A stretch of 61,411 bases of DNA. It comes from Kondoa subrosea (Eukaryota). Positions 1-14,006 of this stretch are shown piece after piece. Both the position numbers and the translations under genes were made by a program. Numbering within the stretch: the first letter of the stretch is position 1; every line of letters begins with the position of its first letter. Location of the stretch: contig BCIN01000002.1 of the NCBI GenBank assembly GCA_039545335.1, positions 3,068,678 through 3,130,088 of the forward strand. The letters are read 5' to 3'. Under the pieces are notes generated by a model. That model was given only the letters and a program-made list of their open reading frames with translations, had not been told where the DNA came from and ran no database searches.

Positions 1-475
1 TTCAGTACATCTTGCTTAAACGATGTTGCATTCAGCGTTGCAGGCCATACGTTGGGATCTTGCTTAGAACCCTGCACAAAGGAGGCTCCAGGAGGTCCAA
101 TGTCAAAGCCCTGCAATGTGATCAACCAGATTCAGACCATTCAGTCACTCGATTCACCTCATGCATGTCTCCCCTATTCTCAGGATCCACATTCTCACCG
201 CACAGAGCTGTATATCCCCTGAAAGCTTCACTGTCATGTATATCCAGCTTCCTCTTCTCTTCCTCCGGTAAGTCAAAGAAGATCTTGGCTTGCTCGAATG
301 CGCGGTCGACCAAGGCAAAGTCTACGCCAGAATTGACAATGTAGAAGAAACCAACTTCCATGCAGAATTGCTTTAATTCCATAGCCAAAGCCCGACGCTT
401 CTCAAAGTCTGGAGATGTAGCATTGGCCAGATCTAAGAAAGGAAGAGAACTAAAGGTCTTTTGTGTGATAGCCAT
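1..475 (-). CDS. 2-oxoglutarate/Fe(II)-dependent oxygenase (isopenicillin N synthase-like, DIOX_N domain); runs off the left edge of the window
   Basis: MAITQKTFSSLPFLDL...LKQFCMEVGFFYIVNSGVD...AKIFFDLPEEEKRKL...FRGY matches the DIOX_N pattern (P.IDL, C...GFFY..NHG, FF.LP.EEK, RGY). Confidence 0.88.
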
Positions 476-643
476 TGTTGTTTCAAAGAAGAAAATTACA
501 GGTAAACATTTGCCAAGCGGGAAAGATAAGCGGATAAGATGATTAGCAGCGATATTAGCAGTAAAATTTGTATAGGCATAGAGGAGGTGTCTGAAGCGAT
601 GGCATGACAATTGCAAGGCTTGCTACATAAAGAGAAGAGATGC

Positions 644-3600
644 TTAGTCCCCGAGGCGATTTCCGGTTGCACCAAAGGCAGCTGAAAGCCTTTCGAACTC
701 AGTAACCAAATCTGTAGACTGCGCGGAAGGGAACGCAGCGGTACGATTGTAAGCCATCATAGAACCGAAGGATAGAGTGAAAGCAGCAGTATTGGCTTGA
801 TCTGAACAAAATTGGTCAGCAGAGTCTAAGATGTAGGATCTGACTGAATTACAAGCTTTGATACAAGGGTCTTGACTTGCCCATTGCTTGATTTGCTTCT
901 TGACTTCTGCTCGACGATCAACCAAAACAAGCTGAATGACATCCGACCAAATACTGGTTTTCTTTGCAGGTATTAGCCAATCGTTCTGTTCTGCACGTGA
1001 GCAATGATTCATTGTAAGGTAAAACGTCATTTACGATAGCCCATCTGACAACTTGCAAAGATAAGCTCATGTTGTATCGAGCATGATCGGCTGCCGTTCC
1101 TCTTTGACCAGGTTCATTCGAGTATGGCTCATCATTGAGGATCATGCTCTACACGAAGACTAAACTCCACACTGGCGGCAATAGCGATAGACTTACTTGG
1201 ATGGAGATCAATACTTGAAGCAGAGTGGACTTCATGGGTTCTAGATAGCATTCGTTATGCTATGTGTCTCAAGAGATAAGAGAATAGCTCACGCCACATC
1301 TCTTCAGGACTGCCGGGCCATGTGCCAAGTACTGTGACCCGGCATGAGCATAGGCTCACAGAGTAGAAAGCGAAATTTTACGAGACAAGCAAACTTTGCC
1401 GCAATTGTAAAGATTTGGGTTGAATCGCACTGAACCATTACCGGTCGTCTTGAGCTTCACTACAGGAGCAACAGCAGGATAAGTAGTGGGAAGAAAGATG
1501 TCGAACTCGAACAAGCCAAAAGCATAGGGAGTGTTCTCAGGTCCAACAATCAAGGCTTTAAGCACATCCGAACGAGATTCATCAGCTCGAACAAAGATAC
1601 CAGGAGGAAGGCCTGTAAAAAAACATGAGCGACACTTAAGCAATCTTACGCGATAAACTTACCTGTAGCCAAGGTGGAAATCTCCTTTGCAATCTTGAGT
1701 GCGTGCTGCTTTTGCGTCTCGTTGCCTAAAGGATGTGCATAATCTTTTGCAACGAAACGTCCGCCTTTCAAAGTACCAAGCGAAATCTGATCGAAAGCAA
1801 GAGCGAGGCATCTAGCTGGGTAATCGAGAATCGAAGAAGACGGCTTTGAAGCGGTAACATTGGACAGAACATCCCTCCATCCAGGTTGCAAACGATCCAG
1901 AGCTTTAGTAACTTGTTCGTGTTGACTCACAAAGCCTTCAGTAAGCGATAGAAGTGTGATAGCATCTCTAATTAAGTAATCAGTCAAAGAGCTTATGCAA
2001 AGCTCGATACCTACTCATCTAGATCCGCTTGCTGTCGCAAAGCCTTCTGCAGGATCGATGCTTGGCGAACGCTAAAAACCGTATTAGCATGGTTCCCGTT
2101 TGCCTTTGCGCTTCCAACTGACAGATTATCAAAATGACTCATCAAAGGCGCACATATTTCCGTCTCTTCCAATTGATTAACTTTCCTCTTCTTTCCCTTT
2201 CCTTTCACTGCTGCTTCAGATTCTTTTATCTCCCATTTCAATTCTGCATCAGTGAATAACCATTTCGATAAACCAGGTGTAGAACGTTTGGCTTTTCTGG
2301 GAGCAGAAAGAATCTTGATTGTCGATTCGCAAGCACTAAGACTTTGCATGACATCCAGGACAGCGAAATAGAGTTCTGAGCGAGTTTGTTGATCTTCGAA
2401 ACTATCATTGCGCAGTAGCCTTTCGAGGAGTTCGGGTCTGTGGAGAATGTATCAGTAGATTGGAAGGAAGGACAATGGAAAGCGTACAAGGTAGAAACCA
2501 AAAGAAGATAAGGTAGAGCAGGACTAGGCACCCAATCAAAGAGTTGCGCTGAATCCGAATCAGGGTGTGGTAGAAGTCTAGAGAGCAAGCGAAGAGCAGT
2601 AGCAAGCCTAATGTCTGATTTGTCCATGCTGGAACTTTTGACAGCGGAACTGAATCGGAACTGATCAAATCACATTGCAAAGCCGGAAAGACAACATACG
2701 AGTTAGCTACAGTCTTGCCTTTACCTACACCAAAAGCAGGTCCATAAATCTCGTCGTCTTCTGAACTGTCAGCGTAGCCTTTGCCTGTTGAAGCTTGAGT
2801 CTTCTTGCCTTTACCCCATGCTGAAGCTTTCTTAGCTTGACTATAGGAAGAAGCAGTTCCATAGCCGACTCCTTTGCCTTTGGTCTTTGCTTTCTTTGAT
2901 TTGGCATGGTCTACTGAGATAGTGCTTGCCAAATATTCAGCATCAATAGCAGCCAAGATCTTCGCACTCTTATTCAGCGTTTAGTACTATGGCACTTTCT
3001 TGAAACACACCTCGAAGATGATAATAGCCCTAATCTCGGGACAGCAACTCCCTGCAACATTGTCCTCGAGAGCTTTGAGACAACCTGAACAAGCTTTTGT
3101 AGTACATTTGGAGCATCTGATTGTCGCTCGAGCGGAAAGTAGAGACTGGAGCGCTTCTTCTCCCTTATCGAAATCAAGAAAGAGTTTGCCAGTTGAAGGC
3201 AATTTGGCAGAACAGGAATTACATCGACCTTTGGATTTCAAAAGGTCTTTGTACTTGATAAGCTGAAGATCTGGATTTTCTTCGTTCGTCAAGGAATAGG
3301 AAGGTCGAGTAGGACTTGATTGACTAGAGGAAGCACGAGCTTTACCTTTTGCTTTAGCTGAGGAAGGTGCAGGGATAGATTGTATATCACTGTCTTCAGT
3401 TGCTGATTCCTGATCGAATTGAGCTTGTAAGCGACAAGCTACTTGCGCATCGTCATCTACATCCAATATAATAGGCCTGGAAGCTTTCGAAGTGGAAGCG
3501 GTCGGAGCATCAACATCAATGATTTGGTGCTTGGGGACTGCTTTGACGAGTTTCTTGGGGGACTTGACTGGAACAGGCTTATCATCGTCTGAGTACTCCG

Positions 3601-3652
3601 TATCGCTACCGCTGCTGAGTACTGTCACGTCTGTTTGCTTGTATTTACTCAT
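644..3652 (-). CDS. Large ubiquitin-conjugating enzyme (BIRC6/UBE2Z-like E2) with a Cys-rich N-terminal region; multi-exon
   Basis: [41 protein letters not shown]...[28 protein letters not shown]...[15 protein letters not shown] at 3652 (MSKYKQ) and TAA at 644-646. CxxC motifs near 3040-3220. Confidence 0.88.
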
Positions 3653-4713
3653 TATTGATTGAGCCGACTGGAAGACAGAGACAGCCAAGAGCAGGCTGTT
3701 GTTCGTAAAGCGGATAGACTGAGGTATAGCTGCTGCAATGGATATCTGAGCAGTCGATTGGTAGTTTCTCCAGACCAAGCTGCTGTTCACAATTCCGCTC
3801 AAGCCTCAAGTTGCCTCAAGAACCTACATTGATCTATCGTTTGTTCTTTTAAGTCACAGACTTATGAATCTTTAGAGAAAGCAATTGTGGAGACTGCGAT
3901 TGCTTCGCAATGTGTTGAGTTTAGATTCGCAGAAGAAAAACAGCCAATGACATACCGTGCAGAGGAGATACGCACCAATCATCTCTTTAGACTTTATCAT
4001 TTGCAGCATATGATCAAGCTAGAAGGCAGCGCCACACAGCTTGCCGACGTTTTGTGCTTTCTCGGCATTAAAGGGAGCTGTGGCTTTACTTGCATCATCC
4101 AAGTCCACAGCAGGCAGTGAAGCATCGTGATGAGATTGAGAATATGACGAATGCTTCCCGCGCATAGGTCCTGCACGACCGATGAGGGTGAGACATAACA
4201 TATTTCACGCTAAGCGGTAGCAGATAGATCAATGCCGCAAGATTGTATAGCTACACCAATCTCATCAGGTACACAGCGAAACCATATACGTACTCGGCGA
4301 AAGCGAAGATATTGAAAAGGATCATAAAAACACTTGCAGACAAGTGAAACTCGTAGATTGAGGGTTTTGACGAAGCTGTTCGTTTGCTCGCGCTGCAACC
4401 TTCTGCGTTTATCAATAGAGAGAAGAAGAGCACTTCAGATTCCAAGAAGAGCCAAGAGACGACTAGCGGATCGTTTTGATCAGATTCGGACAGACTGCAC
4501 ATCGCAGCCACAAGCCTGAGTCTTGATCATGCGCTGCCAACCATCACAAGACTAGTAGCAGCTACAGCGCCCTGCTGGCACTGGAGGCTGATCCGAACAA
4601 GATAATCCCGCAGTTTTGTTTCAACGTGTGTTTTCCGCGTTCAACCAAATTCCCATTCAAGCGGCGCGATACCCTTGAAAACAGGAGCAGAGAGTAAGGA
4701 CAGGTAGAAGGAC

Positions 4714-5596
4714 ATGATGCAGGAGTCAGTCAAATCGCGAAATTGAGAGGCGAATTGCTGAAAACCGGAAATCTAGCACAACAAGTTCGATAGGTGACTC
4801 TATCAAGGAGCAACCAGCCTTTCAGCGAGTCAGCAAATTTGCACAGGTGAGCCTGGATGCTTGAAAGTTAGAAGTCTGGCTGAGATTGCGGAATGAATAG
4901 CAATATCAAGCTCAACTAGGTATGTATTGCTGAGCCACTATGCCTGCTTCATGGCTGAGGCTGTGCAACGATGCATACAGATCGCGTCACACCACATACT
5001 TTCTATCGATGGCTAGCAACTTCTGGTCTCGTTCTCCTCTTCATGCTTCGAATCTTCACTATTCAAGCTTTCTACATTGTAACCTACGCATTAGGCATCT
5101 ACCTCCTCAATCTCTTCCTCGCATTCTTACAGCCCAAATTTGATCCTTCTCTGGAAATGGACATCGCGGAATCTGAGGTAGAAGAAGGTGCACCAGGTTT
5201 ACCTACTTCAACATGGAATGCCGACAAAGATGGGGAATTCAGACCATTCATTAGAAGATTGCCGGAATTCAAATTCTGGTATTCAGCTACAAGAGCTGTA
5301 GTCTTCTCGATCTTGGCTACTTTTATTCCACCTTTTGATATTCCAGTCTAGTGAGTTGGTTCTTCTGAGCCGTCAAAAGAACGTGGTTGACAAGTCTATC
5401 TCACAGCTGGCCTATTTTACTCATGTACTTCATCATTCTCTTCACCATCACAATGCGAAGGCAAATCGCGCATATGCAAAAGTACAAGTAGGCTCCTGAT
5501 ATTTGTGTCAAATGGGTCGACGTTGACCTATTTGTGTCCAGATATCTACCATGGGATTTTGCAAAGACAAAGTACTCAGGAGGAAGCAAGAAGTAG
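4714..5596 (+). CDS. RER1: Golgi-to-ER retrieval receptor Rer1
   Basis: YIVTYALGIYLLNLFLAFLQPKFDPSL...EFRPFIRRLPEFKFWYSATRA...FDIPV|YWPIL...MRRQIAHMQKYK|YLPWD. Spliced N-terminus MMQDTTSS. Confidence 0.96.
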
Positions 5597-5677
5597 AGAG
5601 GTTGAATCTTGCTTGGGATTAGGATTCTTGCATGATAATATTTCTAGATCAGGTCATAGAGCGCAGTCTATATACAT

Positions 5678-8600
5678 TTACGGTACAACGAAAACAGTAC
5701 ATGCTTGCCCTTGCTGACCATCAAGTAATTGACCTTCATGAACCACTTCTAACTCTCTAACTTTATGCCATCCTTCTTTCTCGCTTCCATCATCCAAAGC
5801 AGCCTCAACCAAAGCACCCAAACTTAATCCTACATCTCCTCTTGCATACTCTGTAGCTCGAACAAAAGGTAATTCCACTTCCCCAGTTGAACCAATAGCG
5901 ACTAAACCAATCTGAATCACATGTTCCATTCCAGGCATGATTGATAGTTTCTCTATTCTTCGAGGTCCAGATAAAACCCATTGATCTGAAGTATCGATTG
6001 CGAAAGAAAGGTAGAGCATTTCCCCCGAGATGGAATCGTTGCTTATTCTGTATGAGGCGATGACAGGTTTATTCAGTTGAATCAGTCTGGGTACGGAAAC
6101 CTGTACTGCTGCTTGAAGTTGAGGTGCTTCGATAGTCGGTAGAGGTATAGAAGTTGTGTTGTTGGTGGAAGAACCAGGTCGACGCCAATTGATGAGAAGC
6201 GTAGAGAGATCAGCTTCATCTACTACTTGCCGAATTTCAAGTTGAGGAAGAGCTTCCAAGAGCCAGTCTGTAGAATAAGGTTGACCGGGTTTCCAGAGTA
6301 TAGGGAAATCTTCCAGTTCCATCCCACTTTCAATCAGTCTTAAGGAATCGCTGTCGGCGAGCTTAAGCTGCATGTCCATGAGTTCAACGGTTTCTGAACT
6401 GCTATTGATGTAGGTGCTAATTAAATCAACTTCAACAGAGTTGCGCCAATCACTAGACTCTTCCAAATCGAGTGTTTGGATCCTCCGTCTTCTCTTTCGC
6501 CTGTATCGCGACTGGAAAGTACATTGACACATTGGTTCTGCTTTTATTGATATGCTTTGAAGTAGTTCTTTGCTAGCTGACGGCGATGAAGTGCTGGTAT
6601 TGGCTTCTTGTTGGCACTGAACAGAAAAGTCAAGCTGACGAGGTCCAGCTGATCCGCGACAGTGTAACTTGACGATTTTCTCTACAGAGGTATTAGGAGC
6701 TATTGAGCCAAGTGGTGTAGCTCGAATAAGGCCTGTAGAGGTTTCTTCACCGATTGTAATCTCGTTACGATCTATGGTTCTCAAGTTAGCAAGAGCTCAC
6801 AGTGAGCAACTATCCTTACCTGTTTCGGATGGTCCAGGCTGCAGTACTACATCCAATATCGCTTGGAAAGGTGTATCGTGCTCGCTAGTGATAATAAGCT
6901 TGATCTCTAAGTCTTCGTCCAGTAGAGCAGATTTTTTGGTTTCAACAGTGAGCTTCGCCGATATCGATTGCCTCGTGATGCTGATTCAGAATCAGCAATG
7001 GAAAGAGTCTAGTATATTGACTGACTGGCAAGTAACAGCTTTGTTCGATGTCAGCGAAAAATTGCGTCGAAGATCTATCAGCCAATTCCCTGCTGATACT
7101 GAAACAACGACAGAAGAGAGAGCAAGTTCAACTGGAACGGTCGATGTGAAAGGTATGGCAATGCGCTTGATAGAGTTCTGCGGCAGGCTGAGATCAGCAT
7201 CTTGTCCGGTCGCACCTGCCAGAGGCAGAGATAGAGATCCTAATGGCTGTTGAACGGAATTATTGTGCTGTAGTGCAAATTCAGAACCATCGCTGAAGGT
7301 AATGCTCAGTTTCTGCAATGTGCCAGAATCAATGCATGAAGGTAATGAAGAGGTGTCGATAGAGATGTTTAGAGTATTTTGCTGATTGATATATGATGTT
7401 TGATGCTCAAAAGATGGGATGATATTGACTTGGCAGAGTCAGACTATAGTCAACGCTAATTTAGAGCACTTACTTAGCGCAGCTTTTTCGCCAAGGTTCA
7501 CGATGATCGGATCCGAGTCCTCTTTCGGCGCGTTGGACTTCGCATCATAGTGAGCAATCGTTCTGGAATAGACCGACCGGAAGCTTACCTTTAGCAGCTC
7601 TGCAAGTTTATCAGAAATTACTTCTCGATCTTGCGCTGATGATGAAACTGCACGTAATCAGCCAGTAATCGCGCAATACGTATTAAAGCTTACCAAGATC
7701 TAGTAGTTCGAGGTATGACTGTATCGCAACGGGTATTTGCCCATCTTTGATAGCGCATACAGCTCGTTCGGATATCAATGGACTAATGATCGCTGTCCAT
7801 TCTTCTTTTCGATACGACTTGATGATCCGCTCCTGAAATCTGTTATGGATTAGAATAGCGTTCATTAACAGTTGGCATGGATAAATTCACTTGAGAGCAA
7901 TGTCAAGATTGTTTGCCCGCGAATGGACAGCAGCTATTTGACGAGCTATTGAAAGTGCCATTCGAGTACTTCTATACTTCTTGAAGATCTCATAAGCTTT
8001 TGTCAAAAGCTAAAATACATACATCAGTACATTGCAGAGCTTGTTATGAGCAAGACTGACTTCTAGTATTTGTTCAGCATGATTCACTTTCTTCTCATGG
8101 GCGTATGCTGGCGAAGAAAGTAAAGCATCAGGCGGTGAAGTTTGGTCTGAGCGTGTCTGCCACAACAAGTCAGTCCATTCATCAGTTATAACGGGTTGAA
8201 GCACTGACTTCTGACTCTAGTACTTGACAAAAGATATCAAAACGAGCGGTAGAGCACAGCGCAGCAGAATAAAACAAATGGCCGGGATGTTGTAGAAGTA
8301 GACCAGGATTAGTCAACCCTTGCAGATTGGCTTTGCCTGATTTCGTGTTGATCAGCGGTTTTTGAGAAGAAGGTAGTTTGAAACCGCCATGGATCGCGAT
8401 TTCGAGGACTTCAGCAAAGAGTCGATATTGTTTCGAAAGCCACGACCAGAACTCGAAGGTGTCGATTCCGATCTTCCATCCCTCGCAGAGTTGTTTGAAG
8501 CGGTAGATATGCTTGTTGAATTGTGCTAGAGCATGCTGAGAATCATCGACATAAAGATATAGTCGACTAATCTGTGAGGGCAACGATACCCTTGAACTGG

Positions 8601-9778
8601 ATTATATCAAGCAAAGGGTAGCGGTCTTCTCACCTTCATACTGACGCAATCTGCCAGTACTTTTGCTTCTGCCCATCTTTTCGTTCGAGGAGGTAAGATA
8701 GCAGTAGAAGAGAAGAGGTCTGCTAGCGAGTTGTAGCAATCTTCGTAATGTCTGGATCGTTATGTTCAGTTGATGTTACACAAGATTTAGTACTGTACTG
8801 ACTTGAGAGCCACCTCAAATTCCTGTCTTATCTCTGCAAATGCCCCCATCTTGTAATCGTATCGCACAGACCAAGCAGGTCCACTCAAGCTAGCGACAGC
8901 AGCACTAGAAGCGCCGATTGGTCGTGATGTAGCAGAAGTGGGAACTCTGCTCTTCTTTCTTCGGACTCTTCGTCCATGTTCACGATAATAGTCTATAGCT
9001 GATTCATACAGTTCCGATTGCAAGCTTGCCACAAACTTTTGGACTTCTGATGAAGGGACTGGAGAGATAACAAATAGTGATGCTCGAGAATCTAAGCCTG
9101 CTTGACGTCGTATGAGACTTAGTCGATAGTCTAAACTTGGGTCATCTGTCGATATGCCAGCGTATTCTCAGGTTCAGTCAACGAAGCTGAATCTGGTACG
9201 CTTGACCGACCTAGCATTCGTGAAGAAGTAAGAACAATAACAGCCAGCTTAATCCCTCTTTCGGCTGTCTGTCTCTTTCGATCCAAGATTTCCGCAACAA
9301 GCTCAGCGTCTTTCTTGCGTTCCAGCTCATTCAATGGTTGTGATTGCGAAGGAGGACTAAGTGGATTCTCTGCTGGTATTTCACTTGATTCCCATAATTT
9401 CAGTGTCAAGACAAAGACGCAAGGAATCATTTCCCTATGTTTCCTGATCCAAATAGGTGCCATTAAACCATCAGGATACAAAGGAGAGTTGACAGTCAAC
9501 GGAGAGATGGGCGAATGTAAGCCTCCAGTGCCAGACTCTGCTGGTTTAGCTTTCCGAGGTGGAAAGCGAGTGTTCTTGTCTACTATCACGGAATGGAAAT
9601 GACTTGAAGTCCCTCTTGAAGGATCCCAGATCGGGAAAGACCCAGATCTAATCGTTAGAGCCTTGCGAAGAGAAACGAGTAATGCATTGAATCCGTCATC
9701 TTCAGCTGCTTCGTCCAGACCAGCACAGAAAAGCAGGGGTTGCAGATGTGAGAGGAACGACTCTGGGAATGATTCCAT
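5678..9778 (-). CDS. TRAPPC11: TRAPP complex subunit 11 (Gryzun/Foie gras family); multi-exon
   Basis: MESFPESFLSHLQPLLFCAGL, HSPISPLTVNSPLYPDGLMAPIWIRKH, YYREHGRRVRRKK, WSVRYDYKMGAFAE and FEFWSWLSKQYRLFAE are typical of fungal TRAPPC11. Confidence 0.9.
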
Positions 9779-9864
9779 CAGGTATCTACAGGCATGGATA
9801 TAAGACGAGTCGCGGTGTGAAGCAACAAGTCATCGAACATCATGCACACTGATATTTACATATA

Positions 9865-11286
9865 TTACAGCTTAGATTCCCTCTGTACACCTTTGTATTG
9901 CTCTACAACACCATTCTCTAGCATTTCTTCGCGTTCTTCTTGCGAATATTGCATCTCGCTCAGTATGTCCATTGTATGACTACCAGGCGGGAGAGCGAAA
10001 AAATTGTTCGTATACGATGCTTCGAGATTGTCTTTCCCAGGTGTTCGAGTCAAATGAGGAGCCACAACAGGTATTCGCCCTGTCTGGGAAAAAGACGAGG
10101 GATCCGACCACAGATTGGAACTTTCTTCCAGTGAGAGTATAGGCGCGACACAGGCATCTGTATTTTCGAACAGAGCAGTCCATTCATCACGGGTTTTGGA
10201 AAGAAAGGCTTGTGTTAGATACGATTTGAAGGTTGACCATTGTCGAGGATCGCGTTGAACAGTCTTCATATTCAGCTTGTTGGCATCTTTTGTCGTCAAT
10301 GGTACAGCTGTTGTCATGGTATCGCTGTCCGAAAATGTCAGAAATCATGCTCAGGTTGTGCTTCGAAGAACAGGGACTGACGCAAAGATTGCGAAAAATT
10401 GAGGTTCAAGAGCACCAACACTGATGAATTTCCCGTCTTTGCAGGCATACGTCCCGTAGAAAGGTGCGCCTCCATCAAGGACGTTGGAGCCAACAGGTTG
10501 AGAAAAGTATGGCGAGCCAGAACCAGGTAAAGAATTGAGGTAGGCAAAACTGGCTAGATACCTTGTTCCGTTGACCATGTCTGCTTCTACTATCTGTCCT
10601 TTTCCACTCTTCATTCGCTCTGACAAGGCCAAAAGTATTCCGATCACGCAAATTAGACTACCTCCAGCGAAGTCTGCCAACAGATTGATAGGCGGTACTG
10701 GTGTAGGCGAATCAGGTGGTTTGAATAGCTTCACGTACATCAGCTAAGTACTTGTGAAGCAGAATGAGAGCGGCTAACGGAAAGTACACCGCTCAGAGCA
10801 AGGTAGTTGATGTCATGTCCAGCTCGATTGCTCCAAGGTCCAGTCCGCGGGAACCCAGTCAAGCGAGCCAAGATAGCTCGACCATTCGATGCTTTGTCGA
10901 TGACTTCAGGTGATAGACCAAGTCTTTCGAGAACTCCAGGCCGGAAAGGATCGATGATCACGTCTGCTGTTGCTATAAGCTTAAGAACTAAAGAGATGCC
11001 TTCTTTTGATTTTAAGCTGATCGCTATTGAGCGCTTTGATCTGTGAAGTCCAGTGTTTGAGAATAGTCTATCGACAGCTATTTACTAGCATACCTCGCTA
11101 AAACATCCTGGGATTCACTGCCTGGTCTATCAATACGTGTTACTTTGGCACCAAAGTCAGCCAATAGCACTTCGAGAGCAAGTATGAGGAAAGTCAACAA
11201 GCATGTGAAGAGCACGAACTGCCAACGAATGGGCCAGGCGCTAAGCCAGCAAATTCGACCACATGTAAGCCTTCAAGCGGAAGCAT
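9865..11286 (-). CDS. Alpha-methylacyl-CoA racemase-like CaiB/BaiF family (CoA-transferase III), C-terminal SKL peroxisomal signal
   Basis: MLPLEGLHVVEFAGLAPGPF, DPFRPGVLERLGL, AGHDINYLALSGVL, NLLADFAGG, LDGGAPFYGTYACKDG, VGALEPQF. Protein ends ...RESKL*. Confidence 0.92.
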
Positions 11287-12004
11287 ACTGAGCGAGAGGA
11301 GACAGAAGAGTATAGACTAGACCCGAAGAGATGAAAAATGGTAGGGTTGTTCTTGTGCAACGATGAATGGCTCAGATTCAGCTGAAAGCAGCAGCTACAC
11401 TTCGCATTGCTACGTGGAAAGAGACAGCTAGAACTTAAGATGCAAGGAGAAGCTCTTGGCCGTACTGATCAAAGTGCTAGTGAATGGTTTCAATGGCATA
11501 GCTTTTCTGTGGATACCATGGCTTCCTGCATTTGATGGCTATCTCTGCTGTGGTCTGAGATCAGGTCTAATCCTTTCTGTTTTGCTCTGCATTTACTGGC
11601 AAGCGTTGTCGAATCGCGCTGTTACTGCGCTGTCTGCCATATATCTAGTTCAGCCCTTCGATTCGTCCAAGTCCCGTTCTGTCGGTCATCTATCTGTATG
11701 CTATGCCACGAATAGTCTCAACAGTGCCTCCTTTCGAAGATCAACATTCCGACTGATTGGTCGTGTTCGTTTCCTGTGTGCCCACTCTGCTTTCCTTCTT
11801 TACCCCTTTTTTGATCATCGAGGCCCTATGGCCTGTATCGCGGCTACCTATGTGGCTTGTCGACCTGGGAAAGTACCCATAGAGAAAAGTCCGTGGTCTC
11901 GTTGAGAATTGTTTTTTAAGGTACTCGGTATCCTTATAGCTTCGAGTTTCCTTCTCTTTCTTCTTCTTCTTCATCCTCCTTCTTCTACTATCATTCAACC
12001 GATC

Positions 12005-13044
12005 ATGAAGCTCATCTTCTCAGTCTTCTTCGCCTTTTTGGTCAAAGCTTCTTCTTCTACTCTTGACGCTTGCTCAGGCTACATTCCTGCCTCTGTTCCT
12101 GGTTCTTTCGATATCGTGGAATGCAACACTTCACTACCAAGTCTCTTCAATAACATTGCTACCTCCTTCACATCTTCTTCAGTTATCGATGGTTTCGCTG
12201 AAGAACGTGCTGAATTATTGGAACGGATCAATCAATTGGAGATCGCTAATCAGATGTTCGATGTAACTCTGACTGAAAGTACTGCAAGGAATCACCGCTT
12301 GGGTCAAGCATTAGGTGTGATGGGATTGATGCGAGGAGTATTGAACAGGATTGATTACAAGGTTATACTTGGCTTACGTATGTTTCTCTTCTTCTCACTT
12401 TCAAGAATCCGTACTCATCCATGTTTTCTGCAGTTTTGGTACTTTGCATGCATGCAAATTATCGCAACCATTTGGCAATCATGCAACGTAAGGGTCTCGA
12501 AGGCAACACTTTGGACTACAATACCTTCCTTCGTCGAAATGCATCCTTCGATACCATCAACAATACTCGAGATCGTGCAATCAAATCTGCTCAAGCTAAA
12601 GGCGTTCCAATCAACCCAGTTCATCTACTCTCTTGCAAGACTTCTCTGGAAGCTCTTCTCGTCAATATCAAGTCTGATAAACCCTATATCGAACGGAATC
12701 CAATGACCAAAGAACCTCTTTCCCTCAAACCACTTCAATTTGGTCCTTCCATTCAAAACAACCGCAACCTTCTCACTCAACTCATCCAAGCTCATATCAA
12801 CGAAGTCACTATTCTTCTTCCCTTGGCTGAAAAAGAATATCATATCTTCCAAAGATACAAATCTGGGATGAAATTGGTCTTCAAGTATTTAGAAGCAAAG
12901 AAGTTCATCACTGTTATTCGACCGGTGAAGAAGCAGGTTGTTCAGAAGAGATGGAGGTTCAGAGATACATTCTTGTGTCCCAAAATTGTCAGAGTTCTCA
13001 TGGATTTCAAGCCTTCCCCTAAACCAAGAGTAGTAATGGGTTGA
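12005..13044 (+). CDS. Hypothetical protein (~325 aa) with a hydrophobic N-terminus and coiled coil; one intron at 12378-12433
   Basis: The GTATGT...CTGCAG intron joins ORF 11909-12706 in frame to ORF 12421-13044. No family recognised. Confidence 0.55.
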
Positions 13045-13276
13045 TTATTGAGTAGTAGAGCTGAGCCTAGTAACTAGAGTATTAAAGATGATGCTTAGTT
13101 GGTCTGGTCGTGCAATTATTAGTTTCATAAGTGGTCTTCGAACAGAAACTTACCAAGTCTTGTCCAAAAGAAGCTTGTTCTGACCGCTCAATAGCCCGAA
13201 GTAAAGTGCGGTACAGCTTGAATGATGATATTGGACATCTTCAGAGATCGTCACAATATGTACAGACTGTACGGAC

Positions 13277-14006
13277 TCAAGGTGAAGTCGCATCTTTCTT
13301 ATCGCCTTTGAGTCTCGCTGTCGATTCCTGTACTGTACTTCAGCATGTTGAGTGCGGATATGTGTGGATACTCACAATGAAGGCATTGGCCTCATTGACC
13401 TGCGATGCCTCGTTCGCAACCTTATCTAACCATCTCTGTAGCAAATTCCGATTATCGATTCTCAAATCCTCATTCTTCTTCTCCATCTGAGTAAATTCCA
13501 ATTGTAACGTAGCCAATTCATCGTTTAAATTCAACATAGCTTTCTCCTTTTCTTTCAAAGCATGTTTGGCATCCAATTGTCTTTGGTTCAATGTCTCTAA
13601 TTCCATCTTAAGACTTCTTACAGTCTCTTGAGCAGTTCGAGCAACATCTTCTTGTTCCCTCAGCGAATCAGTCAAAGAGAGTAGACGAGAGACGTTTTGT
13701 GACTGTAAGCGGTAGGAGCTTGAAACTTCTTCACGCATAGAGGAGATCTGAGATTCGAGGGAAGAGACGTAAGCTTGCTCTATCGCATTGCCTGCGCCCG
13801 TGTTGGGAGAGCGAGAAGCTTTCAGTAGAGCTTTGTTCCGTTCCTTCAAAGTCAGAGCATGCTGAGCTAGCCTGCGTTCTATCCTATCATGAGATCTGGG
13901 ATAGCTACAGCCTGTCGCACGTACGATGTGCTATGAGATCCCTGAAAGCACCCTCTTGCTGATCTCGCTTTGTCAAAGACTCTAGAATCTCATCTTTCCA
14001 GCTCAT
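13277..14006 (-). CDS. ATG16: Autophagy protein 16 (fungal coiled-coil type)
   Basis: MSWKDEILESLTKRD...YRLQSQNVSRLL...LNDELATLQLE...NRNLLQRWLDKVANEASQVNEAN matches the ATG16 domain pattern. Confidence 0.88.

Noticed and set aside
3887..4530. Short ORFs and intron-like signals between the E2 gene and RER1
   Set aside because: No coherent spliced model or recognisable family could be built.
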